Positions 1 to 14,180 of a stretch of 64,000 nucleotides of DNA are shown here, piece by piece. The stretch's first letter is position 1. Each line of letters starts with the position of its first letter. A model generated the notes under the pieces. The model worked only from the letters and a program-made list of their open reading frames with translations, had not been told where the DNA came from and did no database searches. A program made the translations under genes and the position numbers. Origin of the DNA: Chrysemys picta bellii (lineage: Eukaryota); the NCBI RefSeq assembly GCF_011386835.1, contig NC_088808.1, positions 13,454,001 through 13,518,000 of the forward strand. The letters run 5' to 3'.

Positions 1-1606
1 GGATAAGGGGCCAGGTTTTCCAGTCACTTGTATTGGTGTGAATCCCTGAGCTTGATTTTCCTCCCACACCAGTTTTGCACTGGTCTAACTCCATTGACTT
101 CAGTGGAATCACTCCTGTTCTACACCAGGGAAGAGAAGAATCAGACTCACTGGGTTAGATTCAAAGTTCTGCTATGACCCCTTTGCACCAGCCTAACTGG
201 TGCAGGACAGGTCTAAACTCAGTTTAGGGGACCTCTGCCAAGTGCAGAGCTGGCATCACCAGCTCTGTGCCACTTCAACAGGAGCCCTCTCGTGAAGGAG
301 GCATTCAGGGGCAGTCTAGAGAAGGGCCAGGACATTCGTATGTCCCAGCCATTATGCACCCTTGTACTGGCCCAGGGGAGCCATTGCAGCAGGGGCATAA
401 ACTAGCCTGCACCAGGGTCTGAACTGACACCGGGATGAATTTGCCCTATTGACTTCAACAGAATTATTCACACTGCTGTAAATCCAGAGTACTTCCACTG
501 AAGTCAATGATGTTACGCTGGATTTACATTGATCCTAACAGCAGAATCAGGCCTCACAGTTCTCAATGACTGGGATGAAGGTAGACATAGTGCATCCCTT
601 ACCCATATGCCACTGACACATTCCTGCATAGAGCAAAACCTAAATACACAAATAATTATATTATAACAACTACTAGGGGGCTGCATTACACAACATAATG
701 TGGGGACTTCCGACATGAAGCTTCCATTCTGTCCTTAGCTGATCCTGCCTAACGTATGAGCTAAAGTCCCTATGCACAGAGAGGTGAGGTAAGGACAAAC
801 TAAATGCCTTTACTTGGAATTTCCTTGTTTTGGAGGATTTAAGTTAGATCCTACAAATATATTGGGTGGGGGCTGACATTTATTCTTCATTTTGCTTGAC
901 AGTAATTATATGAAAATTGTTAATAACTGAAAATAATAGAAAATCAGTGTATGAATACAAGAAGTCACGCTGCTGTGGCTGTCCATTGACATCTTTATGG
1001 CTTCAGGGAAGGCAAGAGGCTTTTGTGGGGAAAACAAGAACGACGATTATGGGTAAAAAATTGTTAATGACCTTTTGGCAGGTGTGTGAATCTGTCAGTC
1101 CATTGAGAAGTGAATCGTTCTGATTACAGTGGGTTCCCTGCAGTTATGCTAGGGCCAGGTGGCTGGGGCCCAATCAGTAATGTAGGTAATACCATAAGTC
1201 TGTTTTTCACTCCCCTCTTTCCTCCCATCTAGAAATGTAACTTCCAGTTTCAGAATTGTCTCTATCTTAAGGAGACCAGCTCCTTAAGGAGATGTGACAA
1301 AGAAGAAATTATTGCCATCAAAGGGAGGTGATCTGTACCTATACAGGCCCCAGGGCCATTCAGCACTAGAACCTTGTACAGGACCATCCATAGGTCTAGT
1401 CTGCAAGAGGCCCTCAGTATTGCAACTTGCATGTGTTAAAAAAATTGCTAATCAGGCCCTCAAAAATCATGACACTGGCTTAAAAATCTTGTGTTTTACA
1501 TAATAATAAATGATGGTTCTTTTTGTTTTGGGGGCTTTATGGGGCACTCTGCTTCATGTTTTGAAGCTTTGCTCCGCACCAGGAGGGCTAGAAACTAGAG
1601 TCACAG

Positions 1607-1960
1607 TCATAGAGTCTAAAGCCAGAAGGGGCCACCAGACCATCCTGTCTGACCTCCTGTATATCACAGGACATCAACACCACCAGCACCTGCACACTGA
1701 CCCCAACAGCCAAAATTAGACCAAAGGAAAACTGAGATTCCCACCTAACCACTGGACTCCAAGAACTGGGACTTTATGAAAAACACCAAATATCACAAGA
1801 TTTGTGATAACATCATGAGAGGTGGCCACACTGGGACCATGTATGAAGGACCTCAGCTCCAATCCTGCTCAGGAGCCTGTACCAAGCCCCACTCTTCCTT
1901 GCATGGGAACCTGTAGAAAAGTGCCAAGGCAGCTCATGACCTTAGTCATCCTCTTAACTG
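1607..1960 (-). mobile_element. CR1 LINE 3' fragment (right end approximate)
   Basis: TCATAGAGTCTAAAGCCAGAAGGGGCCACCAGACCATCCTGTCTGACCTCCTG resembles the reverse complement of a reptile CR1 3' end. Confidence 0.55.
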
Positions 1961-2012
1961 AGGGCTTGAAGGTCTGAGCAGGACACACATACTCCCAGCT
2001 GCCAGCACACTA

Positions 2013-2253
2013 AGGGCTTGTCTGCATAAACATTTAGTACATAGCAAGCTAGGGTGTGACTCTACCCTGCACTAGCCTGCTGCAGACAAAACATCCAAGT
2101 GGACCCATTTTAAAAAGGACCAGGTCAAAGCACAATAACAAACTGTTCATGTGCGTCTGCAGGGTCCATACGGACAGTTACTCTGTTGCAGGCTAGAGTT
2201 GTAAATTCACGTCCCAATTTGCCACAAACTAAGTATTTATGTGGACAAGCTCT
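2013..2253. mobile_element. MITE, probable PIF/Harbinger type
   Basis: Imperfect TIRs AGGGCTTGTCTGCAT ... ATGTGGACAAGCTCT. Confidence 0.55.
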
Positions 2254-4638
2254 AATTCAGTTCTTCTCCCCAGATAGTGGTGACTGGGGATAATTCTGCT
2301 CTTCTCACTAATGCCATACAGAGCTGTGACTTTGGAAATCATGTCTCATGACTTCAGCGCTGTGTGACATTGCCACTAGGGGGTCCCTGTGATGCAAACA
2401 AACTGGATCTGCATACCTGTGGCTCTAGTGATCATCGATTAATAATGATTTAGGATATCGCTCTATCAGAGCAGCAGCTTGAAGAGGGATTATCTGCGTT
2501 CCTTCAGTTACAGGGCAGCAGACAAACCAATCCAGGAGAGAGAACAAGTCCCGGAGGGATAATTTCGTTCCCATTTCCTGACAACACAGTGGAAATCAAC
2601 AGTTTCCATGGAAACAAGTCAGTTTTATGCCTATGCATTGCCTGCATCTTGTGTTGCTCCATATCAGGCCCATGCTGAAAGATTCTTGAGCCACAGCCAT
2701 GAATGTTTGTTCAGAGTTTGTTTTAGGGAATATAGGACATGATGCATGCATACAGTCCCACTGTCTTTACTGATTGTGTTACATATTTCAGCAGAGCTCT
2801 CTGCTATGACAGATAGAATTAACCATGAGTATCTTCCCCCTCCTCCATTCTGATGGATGGACTTATCCATAGGATCCCTCCCAACTATCATCCTGCAGAT
2901 GGATTAGCCCTGAATACAGGACAACGGTGAGAAAGAACACAGGCTGCACTAACATAAGGACAGCCCCACCTCCAGCTGCCTGAGTGTGCACTGATTTCCT
3001 TCCTCTGCACTTTGGAGACAAGATCTGTAGAGGGATTTCCCTGCTTGAAGATTGTTCCTGTTTTATGGACGAGGACAATGTATCAAATGGTACAGCTACA
3101 ATGCCAGTGTCTAATCCCCAAAAGTAACATCCCATTATAGCAAATGCCACGTTGACTCTAAGCTGCAGCAGCTGGGGCCTTAGGGGAATACAGAATGCAA
3201 TGCTGGCGCTGTGCAGTTTCCTCTGGGATCTTGGGGTGCACTGCAATATTCAGGGTAAAAGAGGATCCATGCTGGTTCTGTGCAGCAGTATCATGAACTT
3301 CAGGAGAATACAAAACCTGATGCACTGTAGATTGCAGCACTGGGAATTCCATGGTAATAGACAACTTAGGTCTGGGTCTGGAAAAGGAAGGCTGGGAAAC
3401 CCAGAGAAATACAGGAAGCAGGGCTGGTTCCAGGCTGAAGACCTGGAATTGTCAGGGTAATAAAGAATGTAGCACTGGTTTTGGGCGATGACATCAGGGA
3501 TCCCAGGGTAACAGTGATTGCAGTTTTGGTTCTGAGCAGTTCTGGGCCTCTAGAATGCCAGGGTTACGGAGTGCTAGCAGAAGCATATGCTCCACTCCAG
3601 GAGCAGGTAAAATGGATCCTTCCCGTCTGCAGTGCTATTGATTTCTCACCTTAGCAGAAACAGAAAGGGCACATTTGTTTGGGTTTCTTGCTGTATTTTC
3701 TTGATCACTGAAGTGAATTTCTGTGCTGACAAAATCCACCTTTCCTGCTTAGAAAAGCCAGAGTGTGTGTGTGGCTCGCTGTGCTGTGTACCTTAGCTGT
3801 TTGCATGACTCCATCCCAGAACACCCCTGGAGCGCACAGGAGGCCTCCTTCCACTGTGATTATGCCATCAAGCACCAAAGACATCCTAGGGCACCAAATT
3901 AGTGCAAACCGAATGACAGGAGTGAAAGGATCCAACTTTGATGGACATGCAGGGATAGGGACTCAGCCTCTTAGTCTCCTCCTCAGGGTTGCCGTGAACT
4001 CTAATGACTCTCTGCAGTAACACTTGCTCCACTCACACCCAGTGCACTAAAACAGCAGGACTACTGACGTGCTGGCAATATTGGTTTTGCCATGGCAGAG
4101 GGAGCTCTAACTCTCCAAAACACCACCTGTATAAATAGTGCCCAGCATCTTAGCAGGCAGAAAAATAACAGGACAACCCACACAGTAATACTGGAGGGAG
4201 GAAATGCCTAGTTGATGTGAAAACTCCAGCCACCATCAGGCACTGGTGTTAAAGTGAGTTAAGACTGAAGATAGCATCAGCCTAATGCTTGTGCTATGAT
4301 TTTCAATGGCCTAATCTGACTCAGTGATGTAAAGGCAGGCTCGGGTCAGGATACACCTGAGAACAGACAAAGGAATGTTGTGGAGTAAAGACAGGCTCTT
4401 CAGTGTCAAGATGCCATTACTTGGCTGTAAAGGGATGGGTGGTGTGCTGTGGCATTTGTCAAAAGTCAACACTTGATTCCTGAATGGCCAAGGACTCTGG
4501 CCTGTCAACACACACAGACATGTTTCATGTGTCCTGTAGGCCTCTCTGGAGAAAGAGGATGAACTATCCTTCTTTGCACCCTCTCTCTCCCTGGAGATAG
4601 GAAGCTACCATATAATAAAAGGCTTCCAGCTACTAAGG

Positions 4639-5188
4639 CAGGGGTGGGCAAACTTTTTGGCCCGAGGACCACATCGGGGTTGCAAAACTGTATGGAGGGC
4701 CAGGTAGGGGAGTCTGTGCCTCCCCAAACAGCCTGGCCCCCCACCCCCTATCTCCTCCCTCCTACTTCCCGCCCCCTGACTGCCCCCTTCAGAAATCCCC
4801 GACCCATCCAATCCCCCTGCTCCTTGTCCCCTGACTGCCCCCGCCCGGGACCCCATGCCTCTAACCGCCCCCCAGGGATCCCACCCGCTAGCCAATCCCC
4901 CCTGCTCCCTGACCCCTATCCACACCCCCGCCCCCTGACAGGCCCCCTGGGACTCCCATGCCTATCCAACCCCCTCCCCCTTACCATGCCGGAGCCAGCC
5001 ACACCACCGCGCTGCCCAGCAGGAGCAGCGGGCCAGAGCGCTGGCGGTGTGGCACGCTGAGGCTGCGGGGCAGGGGGGACAGCAGGGGAGGGGCCAGGGG
5101 CTAGCCTCCCAGGCCAGGAGCTCAGGGGCCGGGCAGGATGGTCCCATGGGCCGGATGTGACCCGCAGGCCGTAGTTTGCCCACCTCTG
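4639..5188. mobile_element. Non-autonomous hAT DNA transposon
   Basis: TIRs CAGGGGTGGGCAAACT ... AGTTTGCCCACCTCTG and a perfect 8-bp TSD TACTAAGG at 4631-4638 and 5189-5196. Confidence 0.9.
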
Positions 5189-5240
5189 TACTAAGGCCAT
5201 GTATATAGGGCATGCATTAGTTATATCTGGTCAAGACTCT

Positions 5241-5492
5241 AGGGGTATATCTGCAGAGCAACTGGGAGTTGTGATTCCCAGTATGGGTAGACAGACATGC
5301 CCTAGCTCTGCTTAAACTAGCACAGTAAACAACAGTGTGGACATTGTAGCATGGGCAGTGGCTCAGGCTAGTCATCTGAGTTTGGACCCAAAGGGTCATG
5401 TGGGCTTGGATTTGGGTGGCTAGTTCAAGCTTGCATGGGTCTATCTACCTATGCTGGGAATCACACCTCCCAGCTGCAGTGTAGATATACCC
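5241..5492. mobile_element. MITE, probable PIF/Harbinger type (GGGTATRTCTACACT family)
   Basis: TIRs AGGGGTATATCTGCAGAGCAACTGGG ... CCCAGCTGCAGTGTAGATATACCC. Related copies at 7336-7630 and 39186-39464. Confidence 0.7.
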
Positions 5493-7335
5493 AAAGGGTC
5501 CTGGACGCTAGCATTTGCAGAGAGAGGAATAACAGAGAAAAAAATGTAGTTCAGGAGATGTTTGATCACTGCAGCCTCTTGCATGGCACTTCCTACAATC
5601 GCAGACTGCAGGGTAGAGGGGGTGCTGTGGAGTACGGCAATCTCCCCTGGACCTGGATGCATTATCCTATGCTGTACAAAGGTGGGAAGGGCACTGGCAG
5701 GGGAGTAAGGCGGACTGTCTAGGGTCCATATTCACTATTACAAACCTGTAGAGGAGGAAAGTGTTGTGGAGCAGAACGTAGACTCCCAGGGTCTGTATGA
5801 GTTATCACAGGCTGTGCATTAGAGGCACAGGCACTGCAGGATAGGGCAGTCTCTCCAGGGTGCATGCAAGTTATCACAGACTGTTTGAAGAGGTGCGGCT
5901 GTCCTAGAGAGAACATTAAAATGGTGCTGTATACCTCCAATCCCTGTCTGCCTGGACGAGGTACCAGGCTCCTTGCTGTACATTGCACCTCTGCACTTTC
6001 AGATGTAATTAGGATCACACTGGCTGAAAACATGCTGTGTCAGAGACGCTGCGCCCCTAGCCCATGAGAAACAACAGCTTGATCACTAACACCTCCAGTA
6101 CAGCAAACCCCAGGCATTATACTGAGTTTAAAAACCAGACAGTCTGATTTCCAAACCTCGCAGCACTAAAGGAGGGAACAACAGCCCCAGGAGTGATTGG
6201 TCATGGAGGCTGAATCTCCATTCTCACCCCAGAAGAAGATAATGTTTCTAAGTCAGGATTGGGACCCATTTTAAATTAACAGAGCTTCAACTCCTCTGTC
6301 ACACCAAGTGATTCCTCTAGGTCAAGACAGGTATCCATTGGAATAGCAATATGAGAAAAGAACTGATTTGAACAAGCAGGCAGCAGATAAAACCCTGGAC
6401 TTTCATTCTCATCACTCCTGTTCCTTATCATTCACTGTCTCAAGGAAGAAAACATTTCACCCAAAGCCCCTCTCCCTGTACACACACCAAAACAACAAAA
6501 AAGCTCTGCAACCAAATTTTTAAAAGTGGCTTCTCATTTTGGGTGCTTCAGTCTTTGGTGCCCAGTTTGAGACACCTTAAAGTTGTCTGAATTGATGCTG
6601 CTCAAAACAGAGGCACTCGGAATTAGGAGCCACTTTTAAACATGTTGCCCTTAAAAAATAAAAGCCAATCAAATTCATGATCAGGGGATCCTTCCTCCTC
6701 TGCTGGGAATCCAGAGTGTCAAGTACTCTCCAGCCAGGCTTCAAATGGAGAAAGTCAACATCACACACACAATGAATGACCCGTGGAAAAAGCAGGAACC
6801 CCACACAGCCAAGCAAGAGACATCCTGCTATGATCTCTTCCAACATCCGCGCTGAAGTGAAGGAGGTGACCTGGTTTTGGGGCTGAAGCAGAATGACTGG
6901 CTCTGCAGTGTGACATGTCATGTACCACCCCATCAGAGATCTCTAGAGTTCGCTCTGCCTTTTGGCCCTCATTCCCATCTGGCAACAGTTTTCCACTTGA
7001 GGCTGCCACCATGCTCAGGCAATTCCCAGCTATACATAGAGGCATTTCTATTAGAAGTAAAAGCACAATCAGCTTAAGAAACAGCCAGAGATTACCAAAG
7101 AGATCACAGCAGCCAGCGAGAGCGAGAGAGAGCGGTAACCTTTATATGTGTATTTATTAGAATCAAAGGACTTTACCCTGATCTCCCACCATTATAAATC
7201 AGGAGTAATTCCAGGGAAGTTAATGTGGCTACGTCTGTATAAAATGTGTTAGTGAGTTGAGAATCAAGCCCATAAAAGATAGAGACTTATTATGTCATCC
7301 ATTGCATTGTCCTGCCAGTGCGGAATTGTTCCCTC

Positions 7336-7630
7336 GGGGTAAGTCTGTACAGCAAGCTGGGAGCTATAATGCCCAGTGCGAGTTGACACGTGTGCTGGAG
7401 CCTAAAAATAGCGGTGTGGCCACGGCAGCACATGCAGCAGCCCAGGCTAGCTGCCTGAGTACATACCCACGGGGTTAGGTATGTTTGTACTTGGATGGTT
7501 AGCCCAAGCATCTGCTTGTGCCGCTGTGGCCACAACTGCTATTTTTAGTGCACTAGTTTGAGCAGAGCTAGCGTGTGTATGTCTACCCATGCTCAGAAGT
7601 ACACCTCCCAGCTGCTGTGCAGACACAGCT
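7336..7630. mobile_element. MITE, same family as 5241-5492
   Basis: GGGGTAAGTCTGTACAGCAAGCTGGGAG ... CTCCCAGCTGCTGTGCAGACACAGCT, with shared internal CTAAAAATAG motifs. Confidence 0.65.
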
Positions 7631-8589
7631 TCAGGGAGACATCAGGATGTATGGTAAGGAGGCAATTGTGTTTTTCATTATAAACCCCTGTTCTTACAAG
7701 TTTATAACTGTATGGGTGGGCAAAGGCTTTCTGAACTGAAAAGTGGCCTAATTGTCATCCTCAAAACATAGGGCCAGATCCTAAAGGACTAGTCTTTACT
7801 CAGGCTAGACCTGCTATGAAGGTAATGAACATGGGCTTCACAATTTTGCCTTCAGGCCTTTTTTCCTCCCAATGTACAGGAAATCAGCATAGGCTTTTTT
7901 TCCCTATCTGAGGAAGGCAGAATAACAGACTTTTCAGTGCTCTCATGGGCAGATTAGCTCTGCTCTAAAAAAAAAATGTTTGCAGATGTTGAGAAGTGAA
8001 TACTCAGTGTCTCTGTGGACTTCTGCCTGTTGATGTTCTGAGAAAAATCCTTTCGTACAGCTGAGAAAAAACTCTGCTCTGAAACATGGCTACGGTTTAT
8101 GCTCAATCTTAACATTTTTACAATGCTTCAGCCACACTCCTTGGCCCGTTAGCTAAGATCCATGGCAGTATCAGTTTAATCTGATGTGTCCTCTTTCAGG
8201 GAGACCATATCCTGCCTTGGCACCTCTGCCATCTTATATCCAGGGTGCAGTGTCATTGCTACAAATTGATTGCACTGGCATGATAAACAGGATCTTGACA
8301 ATTCCTGATACTCATTACAGCAGCATTACACACCAGTGAATTCAACCTTCACTCTTCATCTGTGTAGCTTTAACAGTGTGACCTAGACTCATATGAAACA
8401 GGAAATGAGAAGTAAGGAGGGGTGGCTTTGGTGTTGGTGATGGTATTGGTGTAGTGGGTTATTAAAACAGCATTTTTACTTCCAGAGACCTGAGTTCAAT
8501 TCTTAAGTCACAAGTGAAAAGAAGTTGGGCTCATCCCAAATCCCATTTTGCATATCTCATAGCTTGTCATGACTGACAATTTTAGGAGA

Positions 8590-8830
8590 GGCCCAGGTTT
8601 GTGCTGCCAGCCCCAAGCATTCAAAAACCATGAGTAATGTACCAAAAAACATGAGATTGGTTTAAAAATCTTGAGTTTTTAAATATAATACATTTGGAGT
8701 TCTTTTTATGTGTCTCTGGGGGCTGGAGCAGTTAGTGGATCACATTTTCAAGCTCTTTTCTGCAACATGAGGGCTAGAAACTTACTTTTTTTTAATACAA
8801 CAGCTGAGATTCTTAGCTGGTAAAGCCCCA
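8590..8830. mobile_element. Degenerate DNA-transposon fragment
   Basis: CATGAGATTGG...AAAAATC and CATGAGGGCTAGAAACTTAC motifs resemble a common turtle interspersed repeat. Recognition only; no TSD seen. Confidence 0.4.
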
Positions 8831-9261
8831 GGTGCAGGAATCAAGTTAACAACAAATCACGAGACTCTCAATAGAATCGCAAGAGATGGCAACATTAGGC
8901 AACACTAGGCAGGGCAGCAGGAATAATTGCATTGGGGAAATGTGCACAGCATCTGCTCCCAGTATATCGTCATAAACACCTAATTCACACAAAATGTTAA
9001 GACGAGATTGAGCATTAAAACTGAAATTCCATCCTTCATCCCCTCTATTATGACTGGGTCTAGCAAGAGCTTCAGAATCGAGAACCATGGGAGGCTTTAC
9101 ATACCGTATTTGCAGATGGATTTAGGGTCAGATTTCAGACTCAGGGCTCCATTCTTCTCTTACTTACAGGGGTGTAAATCAGCAGCAATTCCAATTAAGT
9201 CAGTGGAACTACATCAGCACAAAACTGATATAAGCAAGAACAGAATCCGATTTAGCAGCTG

Positions 9262-9470
9262 ACTAGGAGCCATGAGCTCCTGACTTCTAATCACAAGTCT
9301 GACACTCAGTCACTGTGGGGCCTTCAGCAAGTTACTTAACCTCTCTGGCTCCGTTTCCTTGTCTTTATAATGGGGATTAGGACAATTACTTAGCTACTTC
9401 ACCTCATCGACCATTATTTATTAGTGAATGATTGCAAAGCGCTTTGAAGCTGAAAAGCTCTGCATAGGGG
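9262..9470 (+). mobile_element. MIR/CORE-SINE-like fragment
   Basis: CORE-like motif AAGTTACTTAACCTCTCTGGCTCCGTTTCCTTGTCTTTATAATGGGGAT. Similar fragments near 13340-13500, 14660-14830, 32530-32930, 34190-34390 and 48345-48520. Confidence 0.6.
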
Positions 9471-12047
9471 CAGCGTATTATTAATTGTTCTGAATATTTT
9501 GACTTTTGAGCTTAAATCAAGCCGTTAATATCATTTTAAAACCATGAAAACACTGGTATTGCTTTAATAAATACTGAGAGGATGAATAAGAGAGGAACAT
9601 TCACGAGCATCGTCTTCAGCCACTCTTCACTACCACCCTAATATTTATATTTAGTAATAAGCAATGAGAAAAAATACCTTCTGTGACTAACTAAAACCCA
9701 CCAGATTAGTCCAAATAAACAATATGTAAATTAATGCCTAGATGCCATGATGGATACATTACAAATGCCATAGATGAAATTAGATAAAGAGGCTGGGGAA
9801 GAAAAAGAAGAGAGAGTTTTGGAGCTGTCAAAATCAGTACCCCTTACACCGTCTGGCATCTGGACCCCTCCAGGTCTGAGCAGACTGGTTGAGACAGTGA
9901 CTCTAGACATCTTGAAGTCCTGAGCTGTATTCTGTCCTAGGGTCGGTGGAGTAGCTGATCACTTCCCTGTGCACAGATCCATGTGACTTACAATCATTGA
10001 GGTGCTTTCTGTTCTGATTCATGATTGAAGCATGTACTTTTCTCACCAGATAAACCTAACCATAATAGAAGCCATAATAGGAACAGCCCCTATTCCAACA
10101 CAATCTTAATTTATACTTCTCTTTTTTCTATTATCAATTCTGTGTTATTAATCATTATTATTTGTCAGATCAGGGCCCCATTGTGCGAGGTACCGTATAA
10201 ACATATAGTAAAAGACATTCCCTGTCCCAAAGAGCTTACAACGTACACAGCTCTCCAAGTTTCTCTGCATGTCTATGTATGTGAGAACGTAGGAAGTGCT
10301 ACAATTAAACACACTACTGATCCATCTAGTCTGGTATCCTGCTTCCTGCTGCATCATAACACAGATCCATCATATCTTGTAGTCTCTCTCTGATAGTGGC
10401 CAATGCTGGCTGCTTTAGAGAAAGGCACAAACTCTCCATGTAATACACTTAATTATGCAGTACTGTCCCAAGGAGGAAATTTCTTCCTCCTATCAGCTGG
10501 TGAATGTGAATTGCATGGATGTCTACAGCTCTCTGGCAAATCATCTCAGTAAATAAGAATACGGTCCTTCATTTTAAAGAATTGCAAGATGAATGTTGTT
10601 GTCCTTATTACCGAAGAGTTTGGATTTAGCTATTAATAAAAGGGAGACCCTTTCTTTCCCATATAACTATTGACACTTCTCTTGCACCATCTATGTTAAG
10701 ATCAGAGCACTTCCATTCATGAATTAAGATTATGTATGATGTGACATAGATTATCATATCACATCTATGATTTAAGTAGTAGTGTTCTCCTGGTTCTACA
10801 GATGTGGAAGTAAGATACAGAAAGGTTAAGTCACACAGCAAGTGAGTGGCAGATCAAGGAATAGAATTTAGGTCCCCTGAGACCTAGGCTTGTTCTTTAG
10901 CCACAAGTTCCACCTACCCACTTACTTATGTGTCCCCCTCCATTGGTGCTCCAGTTTTCTGAATCAGGATGTGCAAAAACAATTCTGAGATCAGAGGGGA
11001 CGCTGTTTAACTGTGATGAGAGTGTTGTCCTGTTGCAAAGACTACATTTCCTATCATGCATCATAACACTGAGGTGTTTTTAAAATACAGATCTAGTTGC
11101 AGCTCTCCTCCCTATCAGTTGTGCCATGACTTGCTTCGTTATACATTGCAAAGAAGAAAGAAGGAAAGGATTACTCCCAAAGATATTTTCAAAAATTCCA
11201 TTTACCCTGTGTCTCATGAAGGCAGTGGATTGACTATGGGTACTGGTAGCAGGTTACGTTTCATTCGGAGCGGCCTCCCAAAAAGAAGTTCATTTTATCA
11301 TGGGCATCTGGCCAGAAAACCATTACATTTTGGGTGGCTGCCTATAACCCCCTTAGCCACTCCTCTGGTTTTGCTACATAAGTGCACTGAATGAAAAATC
11401 CTAGCATTGGTTCATATGGGTGGAGCACACGTAAGTTTGGCTCCGGTTTACAAATAAAATCTCTGCTCAGTACACCATGGCAAATTTTGCTCCTGCAGCT
11501 AAAACACCAAGAGACAGATTTTCTTTGATTCATTAACTTTTATGTTAACTTGGTTGCTCTCTCAGGGGCTTATCCTGCAAGATGCTGAGCATCCTTTATT
11601 TGGAAAATCCCACAGACGTCTATGGGGCAAGTTAGAGCCCCAAGTTAGTGCGAGCTGGGATGCTCAACATCTTGAAGCATCAAGCTCTAAGCCAGGCAGG
11701 CAAGTGAGGGGTTAAAGTTTGTATCTTATTTTACTGTATTAGAACAACATTTACAGATCTGGCCTCTGATTTGGAGCACCTCAATTTCTGTAACCAAACT
11801 TGAGGCACCCACTCAACTGGAGCGGTGGCTGCTCTGCATCTCTGAAAATCAGGCCCGAAATGTCTCAAGTTGGGTCTCAAAACACTTGCCTTTAATTCTC
11901 TAACTTCACATCATTATATTTATACATAGTTATGTACAACATGGTGAATGTTGAAAGTCTAGTGGTTGATGTTAGATTGATGTTAGAAAGTCTAGTGATT
12001 AGGGCAGGGAACTGGTATTCAGGACTCCTGAATTCTGTTCCTGATGA

Positions 12048-12317
12048 AGGGCTTGTCTTCACGTACAGTGCAGCTGTGCTGCTGTAGTGCTTTAGTGAAG
12101 ATGCTATTACGCCAACAGGAGAGCTTCTCCCATCAGCGTAGGCAATCCATCTCCCCAAGAGGCGGTAGCTATGTCAGTGGGAGGAGCTCTCCCATTGGCA
12201 TAGCACTGTCTACACTGGGGGTTAACTCGATATAACTACATTGCTTGGGGTGTGGATTTTTCACATCCCTGAGTGACGTAGATATACCGATGTAAGTTTA
12301 AAGTGTGGGCCTGGCCT
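12048..12317. mobile_element. MITE nested within a MIR-like SINE
   Basis: AGGGCTTGTCTTCAC ... GTGTGGGCCTGGCCT interrupts CAGGACTCCTGAATTCTG / TCACTTAGCAGCTCTGTGCCTCAGTTT. Confidence 0.6.
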
Positions 12318-12484
12318 CAGTGTGCATTCAGATCACTTAGCAGCTCTGTGCCTCAGTTTAACACCTGTAACACTGGCATACTAACATTTGCCTACCTCAG
12401 CAGAGTATTGTGAAGATTAATTAATGCCTGGAATGCTAGGAGAGCCTCAGATGAAAGGCACTATAGAAGTGCAAGGAGGAGGAG

Positions 12485-12767
12485 GGGTATGTGTGTTCAC
12501 ACTAGGAAAAAAGGTGTGTTCTTACCATGTCAGCTAACCTGGCAATTAACACATGATATAATCCTAGTGAAGACAAGGCAGTTTGTAGTTTTCACATGTT
12601 AGCAGGTTGAGGTAAGTCCTAGGGGAGCCTAGGGTTTACTTTAATGTGCTAGCACATGTTAAAACTACAACTAACTTGTCTTCACTAGGATTTCATCCCT
12701 TGTTAATTACCACATATTAGCAAACATATGGTAAGAACACACTTTTTTCCCTACTGAAGACAAGGTC
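12485..12767. mobile_element. Palindromic MITE with long TIRs
   Basis: CACTAGGAAAAAAGGTGTGTTCTTACCATG is mirrored by ATGGTAAGAACACACTTTTTTCCCTACTG. Confidence 0.7.
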
Positions 12768-13999
12768 CACACTTCGTTACAGTGTAGGAAAATGTCAAAA
12801 GAGCTAAGGTGAAAAGTGTAGTGGTTCTAAGGGTGTGAGACCTCTGTGCACTGCTTCAGGAAATAGTGATGATATATAATATACAAAGAAACTTGTGTTT
12901 ATTTAGGGCTTGACTCTTCATCCTCACTCATGTGAGTAGCCACAGGACAAATCACGTGAACAAGAGTTGCAGCAGGGATATCTAGGTTTGCAATTATATA
13001 TTTATATTCTCTGTTTACAATATTCTGATCATCTATGTTATGTTTTGGCTCAAATGTGTGTCTCCTGCTGCTTTTCCTTCCGCAGGCAATTGCTGAGAGC
13101 TATGTACATTTCTCTTGAGTTAATTTCTTTTTCTTGTGGTTTATCATGGCATTCTATACACATTTACTCTTGTGCTACATTGTACTTTGTTGCTTTTTAT
13201 TAATCTTAGGAAAATGGATGTATGTTCTCTATTAAATACCGGAGGCTTACCACTGTTTGTATGTATACATACAGCTAAATCAAACAAAAACGTTATAATT
13301 CAGGTGTTGGAATATAAATGGATTCCATTAAAAGGCATGAGCTCAGGGCTAGGAGTTCTCTCATGCTGTCAACCTCGATTGCCCTGGATAAGTCACTTCA
13401 CCCTGCGTGTCTCACTCTTCCAGTCTTTAAAATAGGGATACTATTACTCACTTTCCTCACAGATGTGTGTGTATTGTATAATGCATTTAAGGTTTACCAC
13501 ATTAAGGTCCCTTTACAGCACTCTGGATGTGAAAAGGGGTCCCAAAGAGGGCATGAACCACTTTAAGGCCCCTTTATGCTGCCAGAGTTGTCTAAAGGGC
13601 TCTTGGTATAAATGAAAATGTGACCATTAAAGTAATATATAAATGCTGAGCGTTATGCTGTATGGTGAGTGGACATAAGAATACCTACAGGCTGAGATTT
13701 TCAAAACTGCCTGGGGGCTCTGGACCCCCAGTTCCCATGGGCAGCATTGACTATTTTAGCCATAGTGTTTGCTCGAGAAGAGAAGAGAGAAGTTTCAGCT
13801 CCATACATTTTGAGGATGAGAGAGTGAGCAGTGATGTGCCCCTGCTGTACCTGGACAGGCCAATGCGTGCTCCTGAGATATCCTTTGCATTTTGATAATA
13901 TGTGTCCATGAAGATTGCCTTTTCTGAGGGAATTTCTAGGCAGCGCTGTATCTAAAATAATGACAGTGCACCTTTCCATTACAAAGCAATTTACAAATA

Positions 14000-14180
14000 T
14001 CACCTAATTAAGCTTCATATCATCATCATCTCTGGGAAGTAGGCAAGTATCACTATCCCTATTTTACAGGTGGGGAGAATGAGTCACAGAGACATTAAAT
14101 TACTCACCCAAAGTCACCAAAGTGTCAGAGGCCAAATAAAATCCAGAACAAAGTTCTTGGCTCCTAGCCTTGTATTCAAT
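14000..14180 (-). mobile_element. MIR-like SINE fragment
   Basis: CCCTATTTTACAGGTGGGGAGAATGAGTCACAGAGACATTAAATTACTCACCCAAAGTCAC is the reverse CORE motif. Confidence 0.6.

Noticed and set aside
4505-5213. Overlapping ORFs of 79-138 aa
   Set aside because: Stop-poor C-rich interior of a hAT MITE.
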